A stretch of 64,000 bases of DNA from Candidatus Aenigmatarchaeota archaeon (GCA_963726265.1 CAVSBQ010000002.1:160001-224000), one strand, 5' to 3'; shown: positions 13,225 through 23,647, counted from the first letter of the stretch. Program-made: numbers and translations. The notes: generated by a model from the letters alone, not told the origin.

Positions 13225-14166
13225 TCATCTTTTCTTCCTCTTGAGCACGTCCTCTATCGCCCTGATTATGTCCGCGCTCTTCAGGTTGAATTCGGCCATG
13301 AGCTGGTCTGGTTCGCCGGATTCGCCGAAGCGGTCGAGTACGCCGACGCGCCTCATGGGAACGGGGTAATGCTCGACCACGAACTCGGCTATGGCAGAAC
13401 CGAAGCCCGCGTTGACCTGGTGTTCCTCCGCCGTCACTATCGCTCCGGTCTCCTTCGCCGCATCGATTATCGCCTTCTCGTCCAGCGGCTTTATGGTGTG
13501 CATGTTGACGACGCGGACGTCGATGTTGCGCTTCTCCAGCTCCTTCGCGGCGACGAGTGCCTCGTAGACCATCGGCCCGCAGGCGAAGACCGTGACGTCG
13601 CTGCCGAACCTGAATGTCTCCGCCTTTCCGAATGTGAACGGCGTCTTTTCCGTCGTCAAAACAGGGACCTTTTCCCTTCCAAAGCGCAGTACCATGGGCC
13701 CGTTGATGGAAGCGGAAGCGAGCGTTGCCTTCTTCGTCTCCCAGTAATCCGTCGGGACAACGACCTTCATGTTCGGCAGGACCCGCGAGAGCGCGATCTC
13801 CTCGAGCGACTGGTGCGTCGCGCCGTCCGCTCCGACGGACACGCCGCCATGCGCGCTCGCTATCTTCACGTTGAATTCGCCGTAAGCGACCGTCGTCCTC
13901 ATCTGGTCCCAGGCGCGGCCAGTGCAGAACACGCCGTAAGTGCTAACATAAGGAATCTTGCCCACCGCAGCCAGGCCGGCAGCGATGCCCATCATGTCCT
14001 GCTCGGAAATCCCGACCTCGACGAAGCGCTCGGGGTATTTCTCCCAGAACCAGAGCGCGCGGGTCGAATCCGAAAGGTCGGCGCAGAGGACGACGACGTT
14101 CGGATTCGTCTTGCCCAGCTCGACCAGGCCGTGGCCGTAGCCGTTTCTCGTGGGAATCTTCTCCAC
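13225..14166 (-). CDS. Transketolase, C-terminal subunit (start uncertain)
   Basis: ADLSDST, EVGISEQDM, DGATHQ, TIKPLD and EEHQ motifs. Confidence 0.93.
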   Translation of the reverse strand: MEKIPTRNGYGHGLVELGKTNPNVVVLCADLSDSTRALWFWEKYPERFVEVGISEQDMMGIAAGLAAVGKIPYVSTYGVFCTGRAWDQMRTTVAYGEFNVKIASAHGGVSVGADGATHQSLEEIALSRVLPNMKVVVPTDYWETKKATLASASINGPMVLRFGREKVPVLTTEKTPFTFGKAETFRFGSDVTVFACGPMVYEALVAAKELEKRNIDVRVVNMHTIKPLDEKAIIDAAKETGAIVTAEEHQVNAGFGSAIAEFVVEHYPVPMRRVGVLDRFGESGEPDQLMAEFNLKSADIIRAIEDVLKRKKR

Positions 14167-14253
14167 CTTGTCGAAAATATTGGCTGCGAGATGAAGCTCG
14201 GCGTTAAGGCCTGATTTTCTGCTGATGCGTGCTCTGTTTTGTTCTCTTCATGT

Positions 14254-15078
14254 TTATTCGCTGTCCTCCAGCTCCTTCAGCGCCTTCGCGGCTTCTTCCT
14301 TGGTCGGCGCCTTGCCGTGCCATTCCGCCTTGTTCTCCATGAACGAAACGCCCTTGCCTTTCACCGTTCTCGCAAGTATGACCGTCGGCTTGCCCTTCGT
14401 CCGCTTCGCTTCATCGAACGCGCCGACCAGCGAGCCTAGGCTGTGGCCGTCGACTTCGATGGCATGCCATCCGAACGCCTTCCACTTGTCCGCGAGCGGC
14501 TCGACGCCCATCACGTCCTTCGTGAAGCCGTCTATCTGCAGCCCGTTGACGTCGACGATGCCGCATATGTTGTCGAGCTTGTAGTGCGCCGCTGACATGG
14601 CGGCCTCCCATATCTGGCCTTCCTGCAGTTCGCCGTCGCCCATCAGGCAGTAGACGCGCGGGTTCTTCCTGTCCATGCGCAGGCCGATCGCCATGCCGAC
14701 CGCGATGGAAAGCCCCTGGCCCAGCGAGCCCGACGAGGTTTCGAGGCATCCGAGCTTGAGCCTGTGCGGATGTCCCTGAAGGCGTGAGCCGAGCTTCCTG
14801 AGCGTGAGCAGTTCCTCGGGCGGGAAGTACCCGCTGCGTGCGAGGGTCGAATAAAGGACAGGGCATACGTGCCCTTTCGAAAGGATGAAACGATCGCGAC
14901 CGTCCCACTGCGGGTTTTTCGGGTCGTGGTTCATGACGCTGAAATAAAGCGAGACCATGATTTCAACAGACGATAGCGCTCCTCCGGGGTGGCCGCTGCC
15001 AGCCTCGGCCGTCATGCTTATTATGTCCTTCCTGACGCTGTTCGCGACCTTCATCATGTCCGGAACTGAATACTTCAT
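14254..15078 (-). CDS. Transketolase, N-terminal subunit
   Basis: SGHPGG, DRFILSKGH and TPP-binding GDGELQEG motifs. Confidence 0.95.
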   Translation of the reverse strand: MKYSVPDMMKVANSVRKDIISMTAEAGSGHPGGALSSVEIMVSLYFSVMNHDPKNPQWDGRDRFILSKGHVCPVLYSTLARSGYFPPEELLTLRKLGSRLQGHPHRLKLGCLETSSGSLGQGLSIAVGMAIGLRMDRKNPRVYCLMGDGELQEGQIWEAAMSAAHYKLDNICGIVDVNGLQIDGFTKDVMGVEPLADKWKAFGWHAIEVDGHSLGSLVGAFDEAKRTKGKPTVILARTVKGKGVSFMENKAEWHGKAPTKEEAAKALKELEDSE

Positions 15079-15246
15079 AAGCGCACCGACGTTATCGGAG
15101 ATATAATCTTTGATTTCTGCAATTTAAGCTTTACGCTTTTGGCTTTTGCTCATTTCCTGGTTTGACTTTGCCGGCCTGTTTTCCTGCGCTTTTATTCGGG
15201 CCGCGACAAAAATAATAATATAGATGCAATTTATGGTGCAGTTTCC

Positions 15247-16287
15247 ATGACGCATACGAAGCCGGATTTTGCGAAAAGGCAGAAGAAGCTCAGGTCGATG
15301 ATGGAGAAGCAGAGGCTGCAGGCAATCCTGACCTCGGACGCGAACGACATCCTCTATTACACGGGCTATGCCGGCCTGAAGGACGACAAGCTGTTCATGC
15401 TTTTACACGCAGGAGGGAAGCCCGAGCTGGTCGTTTCCCCGCTGGAGAACGACGCGGGCACCAGATACCCGCACGTGACATACATAAGCGACACCAAAGA
15501 CTTCATCGCTCTGCTGAAAGGCTACAGGTCGCTGGGCTACAACGAGAAGTCGCTGAGCCTGCTGCTCTTCCAGGAGATGCAGAAGAGCCTGAAGGCAAGG
15601 CTTGAGCCCGTGGGCGGGATGCTTGAGGCGCCGCGGCTCGCGAAGGACGAATATGAGATCGCGCAGATAAAAAATGCAATCGGCATTACGGAAAAAGCCC
15701 TGAAGAAAGTCGGCGCTTCGCTTGGCGAAGGCGGGAAAAGCGAAAAACAGGTCGCCGATGCGATGGAGATGGAATTCATGAGGCGCGGCGTGAGCGAGGC
15801 TTTCGAGACCATTGTGTGCGCGGGAAAAAACACGGCGTTCGTCCACCACAGGCCGGAGGAGAAGAAAACGAAGGCTTCGGACGTTTTCCTAGTCGACACG
15901 GGCTGCCGCTTCAACGGCTACTGTTCCGACATCACTCGTATGTTTTTCGGGAAACTCGATTCCCGCCAGAGGAAAGTCTATGAAGACGTGAAATGGATCC
16001 ATGACGAGGTGATAGACAGGCTGCGCGCCGGCGTCGCCTGCAAGGAAATCGAGGAGCTGCACAGGCGCATGCTCGAGAAAAGGGGCTACAAGGTCGCACA
16101 CAGCTTCGGCCACGGCATCGGCCTTTCCGTGCACGAGCCCGCGGGCGACATCCTGGAGGAAAACGCCGTCGTCACGGTCGAGCCGGGCGTTTACATAAGG
16201 GGTTTCGGCGGCTTCAGGGTGGAGGACATGATAATAATCAAGAAAAAGGGGACAGAAATACTGTCCGAAGCGATACCTGTTCTGTAG
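15247..16287 (+). CDS. Xaa-Pro aminopeptidase/dipeptidase (M24)
   Basis: DTG..GYCSDITR, HSFGHGIGLSVHE, EPGVY and GFRVED motifs. Confidence 0.92.
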   Translation: MTHTKPDFAKRQKKLRSMMEKQRLQAILTSDANDILYYTGYAGLKDDKLFMLLHAGGKPELVVSPLENDAGTRYPHVTYISDTKDFIALLKGYRSLGYNEKSLSLLLFQEMQKSLKARLEPVGGMLEAPRLAKDEYEIAQIKNAIGITEKALKKVGASLGEGGKSEKQVADAMEMEFMRRGVSEAFETIVCAGKNTAFVHHRPEEKKTKASDVFLVDTGCRFNGYCSDITRMFFGKLDSRQRKVYEDVKWIHDEVIDRLRAGVACKEIEELHRRMLEKRGYKVAHSFGHGIGLSVHEPAGDILEENAVVTVEPGVYIRGFGGFRVEDMIIIKKKGTEILSEAIPVL

Positions 16288-16318
16288 CCGTTACGCCAAA
16301 CGCTGGTTTTTTCGGGCC

Positions 16319-16618
16319 TTATTCGTCGGCTTCGGTGTTTTCCTTTCCGGATTCCTCGTCAGCAACAGGGAGCGATATGTGCTTTATTATTATCACGTCG
16401 CCTATGGATTCTATCATGGGGAACGGGATAATCACCCCTTTCTTGCTGCCCAGCATCTTGGAGATGTAGGACTCCTTCGCGGCGCGCACGACAAGCGAGC
16501 GTATCTTGAACCTTTTGAGGTCGCATTCGATGTCCTCGACCTTGCCGCAGAACATCCCCTTGTTCGTGAAAACGTCCTTGCCATATGTTTCCGAAATGCT
16601 GGCAACTTTTATCGCCAT
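16319..16618 (-). CDS. PRC-barrel domain protein
   Basis: YGKDVFTNKGMFCGKVEDI...IIPFPMIESIGDVIII pattern. Confidence 0.85.
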   Translation of the reverse strand: MAIKVASISETYGKDVFTNKGMFCGKVEDIECDLKRFKIRSLVVRAAKESYISKMLGSKKGVIIPFPMIESIGDVIIIKHISLPVADEESGKENTEADE

Positions 16619-16737
16619 ATACCCACCTCTTTCGCTTTTTATGGAAAATTCAGTCTGATATCTAATTTACGGACAGTGTTTATAAAGTTTCCGAATTTAA
16701 GGCGCTGATATTTAAATCACGGCGTGCAAATTCAGCC

Positions 16738-17373
16738 ATGAGAAGGCTTTTTTCGCTCGATGCCGAAATCCTCGGCGAGGCGTGCGGCGTCTTCGCCGGC
16801 GACGGCGGCATCTACCATGCGGGCAGGAGCTACGCGCTCGAGGTAAGGTGCGCGCCTGACGACGCAGCGTATTACGAGGGCCATGTGAAGCCGCTCTTCG
16901 AGGAAGTCCTGAAGGCCAGGCTGAAAACGTGCAAAAGGTCATACCAGGGCGGCCATGCCGTATGCATCCGCTTCTGCGGGGCGCGGGCCATGAAAATTTT
17001 CCACGTCTTCCTCCAGTTCCCGCTCGGGAGGAAAGCGAACGCGCTACGCATGCCCAAGCTCGTCTTCAACAACCACGAATGCTGGAAAGCGTATGTGCGC
17101 GGCATGTTCGACTCGAGCGGCTCGCTATACCTCAGAAAAACTGCCGGAAAATACAGGAATCCCGTAATAGAAATTTCTTCGCCGTCCATCGCGCATCTGC
17201 TGCAGCTGAAGGAGATTCTGCGCGACATGGGCTTCGGCTTCTGGCTGGAAAAGGGGAACCGCAAGATACGTATCGCGGGCAGAAAGAACGTGGAAAGATT
17301 TTTTAAAGAGATAAACCCACATAATAATGCAAAACGGAAAAAGTTCGCTGAAATAATGCGGACGGGCAAATGA
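16738..17373 (+). CDS. Stand-alone LAGLIDADG endonuclease-like protein
   Basis: Two motifs, EACGVFAGDGG and YVRGMFDSSGS; no intein splicing motifs. Confidence 0.8.
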   Translation: MRRLFSLDAEILGEACGVFAGDGGIYHAGRSYALEVRCAPDDAAYYEGHVKPLFEEVLKARLKTCKRSYQGGHAVCIRFCGARAMKIFHVFLQFPLGRKANALRMPKLVFNNHECWKAYVRGMFDSSGSLYLRKTAGKYRNPVIEISSPSIAHLLQLKEILRDMGFGFWLEKGNRKIRIAGRKNVERFFKEINPHNNAKRKKFAEIMRTGK

Positions 17374-17385
17374 CGCAAAACAAAA

Positions 17386-17508
17386 GCTGAGATGGCCGAG
17401 TGGTTAAGGCGCAATAGCTTCCGGTGATTCGCGAGGGTTCCGGAAACTGCGCAAGGTTGCTAACCTTGTGTCCGAAAGGACGCGCAGGTTCGAATCCTGC
17501 TCTCAGCG
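17386..17508 (+). tRNA. tRNA-Ser(GCT) with a 40-nt intron at 29/30 (17415-17454)
   Basis: Acceptor stem GCTGAGA/TCTCAGC, spliced anticodon arm CAAGG-TTGCTAA-CCTTG, long variable arm GTCCGAAAGGAC. Confidence 0.9.
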
Positions 17509-17703
17509 TTACTTTTTACACCATACGCTGGTCTATAGGCGTATGAGTAATTGAGTGACGCACACACTCGTCATGTCGCCTGCCATTAATGCTTTTGTTT
17601 GATTCCCTGCCTTTTTGCATACAAAGCGTATCATGATTTAGCGTGGCGCTAATACTGGACTATTACCGATTTTGCCTTTGATGGGTAAAGGCAATAAAAC
17701 GCT

Positions 17704-17937
17704 TTATCTGGAAAGATAGTAGATTACGATTATCACGGCGATTATTATTAAAAAGATGGTCAGTCCGATTCCGATATTAATTCCATTATAACCAGCGTCT
17801 CTCAGCACTGACATGCCGGTTGAAGATCCCAGTTGAGCTATGGAGGATCCTCCAAAATAGAACAAAACAGCTCCTAACATCAACGCCACAAATATGGTTC
17901 CGGTTACCGTCACCCAGCTCATGAATTTTAATAGCAA
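17704..17937 (-). CDS. Small 2-TM membrane protein
   Basis: Two hydrophobic segments in 77 aa; start codon uncertain. Confidence 0.6.
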   Translation of the reverse strand: MLLKFMSWVTVTGTIFVALMLGAVLFYFGGSSIAQLGSSTGMSVLRDAGYNGINIGIGLTIFLIIIAVIIVIYYLSR

Positions 17938-17950
17938 AAATAGTTTTAAA

Positions 17951-18262
17951 TTACTTTGTATTGCTTAGAACCAGCGGTAAGCCCCTCTTCTTGAGCATTT
18001 CGATACGCTCTTCATGCGACAAAACCTTTGTTTTCCCCTGTTCCAAAACTTCTTTAATTTCTTTTTTGGTCCTGCCACATGCAGGGCAACTGGAATGGAC
18101 GTCTACTCTCTCCTCATGATAGACAGGTATTCGCTTCACCTTCCCGAAAGCCCGGGCGGCTTGAAAGCTGTAATAACTCTGCATTCTTGTCACGCTTATC
18201 TTCGCTTTACCGCAAAACGGACAGTCAACTTCTTCGTTAATCGAGACAGATAAATCGGTCAT
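17951..18262 (-). CDS. Zinc-ribbon-like protein
   Basis: CPFC...CPAC pairs; ATG at 18262 directly follows the upstream stop. Confidence 0.7.
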   Translation of the reverse strand: MTDLSVSINEEVDCPFCGKAKISVTRMQSYYSFQAARAFGKVKRIPVYHEERVDVHSSCPACGRTKKEIKEVLEQGKTKVLSHEERIEMLKKRGLPLVLSNTK

Positions 18263-18263
18263 G

Positions 18264-18434
18264 CTAAATTCCCATTCCAATTAATATGGCTCCAACGAAA
18301 ATCATAACTCCGCCCACAGGACCGGAGATAGTTATTGGAACCGGAATTTTCAAGACTGCTCTCACAGGTGGAACTACTCCAACGATTTCAATCAATATCC
18401 CCAACGCGAAAAGAGTGGCTCCAATAGTTCCCAT
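18264..18434 (-). CDS. 56-aa 2-TM protein, below the ORF-track cutoff
   Basis: Manual translation MGTIGATLFALGILIEIVGVVPPVRAVLKIPVPITISGPVGGVMIFVGAILIGMGI; fits exactly between the R-M stop and the Zn-ribbon start. Confidence 0.6.
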   Translation of the reverse strand: MGTIGATLFALGILIEIVGVVPPVRAVLKIPVPITISGPVGGVMIFVGAILIGMGI

Positions 18435-18438
18435 GTCA

Positions 18439-21419
18439 TCAATACTCCCTCAGCACCATCTCTTTCTGCCTCTCGTCGACATTCGGGAATGCGCCAAGTA
18501 TATGCTTCAGCTCTTCTTTCGTCACGCCATAAAGCTTCGCCACCATCACATCAAGTTGGGCGCGCGCGAGCGCGCGGTCGCTCTCGCTCGTCACCGGCTC
18601 GACACCAGTAAGCTTCTTGAGCTCGGCGAACTCGTCGGTCATGCAAACGAGCTGAGCCACTTTCCTGACTATGGCCTCAAATTCCTTCCCAGATGACAGG
18701 CGTGGAACGGGAGTTTCCAGGAAGTTGAACATTGTCACATTTGCGCTTACTTTCTGGCGCATGAAATAGTCAAATACAAAGCTATTCGTAACACCGCATA
18801 GGAAGCACAAATGTTTTAGGTCGGGCATTTTTACTATTGCAATAGAATGTCCGCACACATATCCGGGCGGAATTACCGCCGAGATGAACGTCCTGTAATT
18901 AGTTGAACTGGCAATCAAGCGATATGCCATCCAGTAGCCTTTATGATAAATCTTTTCCGGCTTTAGGTTGGCTTCTATATCCCTTTCCAATATTTTGTAT
19001 CTTGGCGTTGGTGCCTCCTTCCATTGATGGGTAAACTGCTCGATATTTTTACCTTCCAGCATGGGCACGCCGAACAGCCCATTCTTAAACAGGTGGCTGT
19101 CGTTGGTCATGTGGAAGCCGCTTTGCAGTTGGACGTTCCACGTTCCGGAAATATCCCTCCCGAGCGGTGGATGCCTGAGTAGCTTCTGAACGATTTCAAG
19201 GTCTTTCGGGCTTTTGATTTCGAGGACGCTCCATGATGTTGGCGAAGAGGAGCGCACGAAATCCACGTCCATGATAGTAGGGCTTTTGATTGCCCGCTCT
19301 AGGTCTTCCGGTGTGTGCAGGAAGAAGGCGCATGGGAAGGACTGCGTTTTGCCGCCTTTCTGGAATGACACCAAAGCGAATTTCCATCTTTGATCTATAT
19401 CAGGGAAGATAAACTTGCGATTTTCGAAGGAGTAAAGTTTCCTGAGCTGGCAATGTTCGAATAGCATAGTCCTCAAACCCTAGCACCGAGGTCGGTGTAT
19501 ATTCCGCTCGGCAGAACCAGCTCTGCTATGCCGCCGTTCTTGAGTAGCATGTGCGCTTTTTCTGTGAAGAGTTTGTAGAGGTCGAGGTCGCTCGAGACCT
19601 TCCGGCCTTCGCTCTCGGCGGACTGGAAATTGAAGTTTTCCCTGAAGTAATCGGAGAGCATGTCGTATTCATCGTTCTTGTGTTGCCAGCTTATCCTTAT
19701 AGATTTGCGCTTCAGAAGTTCCTCCATTTCCTTTTTCGCTTCCTGCGTTGGCAAACTCTTGAATCCCGGATAAAAACGCTCAAAGAACTCCTGCGAGTCC
19801 GGTTTTCATTTTTCCCACGGAGGGTTGCCGATGACGATGTCGAAGCCTCCCTGTTCATGTATTAGTGGGAAATCCTTTTCCATCCTTAAAGGCTCATGCT
19901 GCTTAAACATCCTTCTCATTTCGACGTCTACATTTCCAGAAACAAGCGAATTTCTTCTAATAATGTTAGGCCTAGGCAATTTCTTAGGCGTGCCTATAGC
20001 CCGCAGGAAAAGGTTCAGCTTCGTGAGCTCTACTGCCTTCTGGTCGATGTCAATCCCATAAAGGCATTTCTCGATAACATCATCAAGAAATCCGAAACCT
20101 GTCCGGCTATCAAATTCAGGACTTGCATCCGAATCGTCGCCGCCATTCTTGCGCTCGAACTCTTCAAACCACATCTTGAACTCTTCAAATGCTTGGACAA
20201 GGAACGTCCCGGAGCCGCACGCCGGGTCAATTACGCGTATTTTTAGCGCGTCGTCGGGCGTTCTGCATTTCTTGAGCCTCTCGCCAAGCGTTGAGCTGAT
20301 AAGATAATCCACTAAAAATTCGGGGGTATAATATATTCCTCCCTGCTTTCTGACGAACGCATCCTTCTCAATGCCTGTACGCTTCTCGGTCTGTGTTACT
20401 TTATAGGACAAATAGTTTTCGTAAGCATGGCCTAGTATGTCGGTTCCTATGGCTTCAAAACGATAGGTAAGCTTGGTTTTGTTGTGGACGTAAAAGGATT
20501 TCAATATTGGCACAAAATCGTCGTTCTTCAGACCGATTCCGTCTATTCTGTGCTCGTCGAATATCGTGCTGTCATATCTCTTCTTCATCGCCCGCCAGAA
20601 GTCGATTAGATATTCCTTGTAAAACTGAATGCGTTTGTCCGTACTTTCCCATTTCTCGATCACGTCCCTCAACCTGAACTCGTGGTTTGCGCTGTTGTCC
20701 TCCGCCATCCTGCAGAATATGATTCTGTCGAGAACGTGTTGGACACAGACGTCCAAGGATTTTTCTTCGTCCATGCTATCGTCCTCGAATAGGTCCAAGT
20801 TCTGCTCTTTCATGGCCTTCGAAAGCTTTTTCCTTATTTCAATCAGCTGGTCTGTGAGCAGGTCCTCAATGCTTTCGCTCTCTTTCCACTTCTTGTGCTT
20901 TTTAGCGTATTCATCCAGCGCAGGACCGCCGTTTTCCTTTGAGAAAAGCAGGAGCCATTTCATATATTCGGCGTTCTCAACACAGCCTCCAAGGTCGAAC
21001 TCGAACAATTCGGCATGTTCCGGCTCGTCATAATAATCAGAATTGAACACTCTCCACTTGGTAAAGTTTGTAAGCACTACCCATCGCATGCCTCCATTCT
21101 TGCCGTATTCCAGCGCCTGTTTTATGTGCTCGGGGTTGTGGAGATTGTCTGAAAACTTTTTTACCTCCATGTAAAACGAAGGCCTTATGTCGCCGGGCCG
21201 CTTGAAGGCGTAGTCCACCCTAGTTGTTTTTACGCCTGACCTGATTTTCTTTTGGGGCCTTACCTCTTTGCTAAGCCATTCCCAGCCCATAGCCTCAAAA
21301 AGATTCCTGATGAATTCTTCTGTGCGCTTTTCAGATTCAGTATTTTTATTTGGAAGCGAGTTATATTTCGCAAATAGTTTCCTAATTTCGATTTTTAAGG
21401 CTTCCTCTCTTTCTGGCAT
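18439..21419 (-). pseudogene. Type IIG (Eco57I-like) restriction-modification fusion, interrupted by an in-frame TGA (19806-19808) and a 1-nt frameshift (~19478)
   Basis: N-terminal nuclease-like VDY..MEVK and LTNF..W motifs; MTase YYTP, DPACGSG and NPPW motifs; C-terminal TRD-like part; ~990 aa if joined. Confidence 0.8.
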
Positions 21420-21681
21420 GCATTTATTTTTTATTCATGACTTAAAATCCTTGCGTTTAAACTTATGCGCATTATGGGCGAGCCCTGCGAGTAAAATATT
21501 AATAAACGCGAATAGATGAGATGAAAATATTGCCGATAATAATTTGCAAAATGGGCTCAAACAAAAATCTTTATAAGCATAAACAGCAATATATAAACAG
21601 ACCTACAGCGCTACGTTTTGCGTCGCTGGCTTGCTCTCAGCGTAAAAGGCATTATGTGGCGCTAAGCTTGATTCTCAGATA

Positions 21682-23562
21682 TTAAATGCCGATAACGATG
21701 CAGTCGTTTAGTGTATAGATTTCGACGTCAATCTGCTCCAGCTCCTGGGTCTGGTTCGACACGACGGCATCGATACTCTTTACTTCCATCCTTATGTCGG
21801 TCGTGTAATTCCCGTTGTATACCGGATAGGGGCCTCCCTCCTGCCATGTATATGCTTTTGTTCCGTTGAGGGTCTCGATGGTGAAGTAGGCCATTTCAGG
21901 CGGGCCACGGACGTAGCCGACCAGCTTTACCGTGTAATATTCATTCCCGAATCTCATGTATCGGCCAGCGCCTATTTGAGAAAGTTCCACCGTGCAGCCG
22001 GTTTCGTTCTTGCATATCCCGCTTCTGCAGCCCAGTGGACATTGGTAGTCGTACGCGCTATAGCCATCCGGATTCGTGCTGTTGCAGTAAAATTCCTTGA
22101 GCCAGCAGTTGCTTCCGAAACATTCTCCGGCGAGAATCGGCTCCCCGACGACGAAGAAGCATACGTCCATTTCTCCTATTTCTTCGTCATTCATATCGAG
22201 GTATCCCTTCTTGTAATAATCCTTGCCGTTGTCGGTATCCTCGCAGACCTTTTCCGTCTGGTTCTGAAGAATGCATCTGGCGTCTTCGCACTCGTAACCC
22301 TGCGGGCAGTTCACAGTTTCCACCTTTATCTCGTTGTTTTCGCAGTATTTCTCCGTCAAGGTTCCATCTTCGTTGCAGTAGTCCGTGAGCGACTGCGTAC
22401 CGAACTCGACCGTGCCTTTTACGTAATAGTTCTTACCGCTGTCCGAGTCTGTGCAGATGCTCTGACCGCCGCAGTCGATCGCGCACGTGTCTTGGGACTC
22501 GCCGATGTCCAGGGTTATCTGCACGGACTGCCCTTCTCCGGAATAGCTGGCAAACTTCAGCGGCATGCCAGAAACTTTCAACGTGCTGCCCTTCCCCATC
22601 TCCTTGCTCACGCCGTCGAGCATTATCACGACCGTGTGAGTGTAAGGTGCGAAGCTCGAAAACTTGACCGTGTGCGCATTCCCGTAAAAAGTGAAATTGT
22701 ATTCCTCGTTCAGCTGCAGGGTTTTTTCGATCGACTCGCAGACGCCGTCTCCGCAGCCCGCACAATGAGATCTGTCGACTATGTCCTTGCCTCCGCCGAC
22801 GAAATTCTCCGGTACCTTGCATTCCTCGGCCGTCGTCCACTCATAAGTTTCGCAGCACTTCACCATCTGGTCTCCGTAACCGTACGATTCGCAGCAGACC
22901 TTCTCTTCATTTCCTGTAGTCTTGCACGCGCCGCTCTCGCAGCCGTTCGCACAGTATTCTTTCTTGCTTTCCTTGTTGCTGCAGCTGTCATACCAGTAAA
23001 CATGACCTTCATAACATTTGATTTCCGCGTGCTTGATGCAGCCTTCCTGGCCGGCTGCCGCCTTGCAGAAGCCGTTTTCGCAGCCGTTCTGGCAATACTC
23101 CTTCTTCTCCTCCTTGTGGCCGCAGGCATCGAACCAGTAGACGTGCTCGCCGTAGCATTTCGCCTCAGCGTGCGACTTGCAGTCCGTTATCGGCTCGCCG
23201 GGCTTGGAGATGGTCTTGTTCAGGCCGCCGCCGTATTTGACCGCGCATTCGATGTTCTTCGTCTCCCAGTCTACCCAGGCAATCGCTTTCAGGCCGCTGT
23301 CCGGGTCGTCGATGCTTATCCTGTAATATTCCTTTGCTGTCATATAGGGGTTGCCGCATTCCGCGCTGATGTTCTCAAGTATCTGGCCGCTCTGCTCGGC
23401 GGTGAAATGGGTGACCGTTATCTTCGCGTTGGGATACTGCTCCATGAACTGTTTGACCAGGGGATTCGCCATAGCGAGCGCCTCGGGGCTGATGTTAAGA
23501 CAACCGGACAAAAAAACAACACAAATCAAAAGAGAACCTAAAACCAAATTGATTTTTTTCAT
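21682..23562 (-). CDS. Cys-rich, repeat-containing surface lipoprotein
   Basis: Lipobox-like VVFLSGC; duplicated HAExKCYxxHVYWxDxC..KKEYCxNGC module; CGDGVC; two CxD(S/T)DxGKxYYxKG repeats. Confidence 0.85.
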   Translation of the reverse strand: MKKINLVLGSLLICVVFLSGCLNISPEALAMANPLVKQFMEQYPNAKITVTHFTAEQSGQILENISAECGNPYMTAKEYYRISIDDPDSGLKAIAWVDWETKNIECAVKYGGGLNKTISKPGEPITDCKSHAEAKCYGEHVYWFDACGHKEEKKEYCQNGCENGFCKAAAGQEGCIKHAEIKCYEGHVYWYDSCSNKESKKEYCANGCESGACKTTGNEEKVCCESYGYGDQMVKCCETYEWTTAEECKVPENFVGGGKDIVDRSHCAGCGDGVCESIEKTLQLNEEYNFTFYGNAHTVKFSSFAPYTHTVVIMLDGVSKEMGKGSTLKVSGMPLKFASYSGEGQSVQITLDIGESQDTCAIDCGGQSICTDSDSGKNYYVKGTVEFGTQSLTDYCNEDGTLTEKYCENNEIKVETVNCPQGYECEDARCILQNQTEKVCEDTDNGKDYYKKGYLDMNDEEIGEMDVCFFVVGEPILAGECFGSNCWLKEFYCNSTNPDGYSAYDYQCPLGCRSGICKNETGCTVELSQIGAGRYMRFGNEYYTVKLVGYVRGPPEMAYFTIETLNGTKAYTWQEGGPYPVYNGNYTTDIRMEVKSIDAVVSNQTQELEQIDVEIYTLNDCIVIGI

Positions 23563-23647
23563 ATTAAATAGTTTGTCAAATATGTTAATAAACGTCCCGC
23601 ACGCGCCTGTTTTTTATTTATTAGGTGGTTCAGTGGAAGTATATAAT

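Larger units (their letters stand above)
17498..21643. mobile_element. Putative tRNA-Ser-integrated island remnant bounded by a 12-bp direct repeat; no integrase seen
   Basis: TGCTCTCAGCGT at 17498-17509 (tRNA 3' end) recurs at 21632-21643; the interval is AT-richer and carries an R-M gene. Confidence 0.65.

Noticed and set aside
19806..19808. TGA recoding (Sec/Trp) in the R-M gene
   Set aside because: TGA is a normal stop in many genes here, the site is not a Cys or Trp position of the motif, and the gene also has a frameshift.
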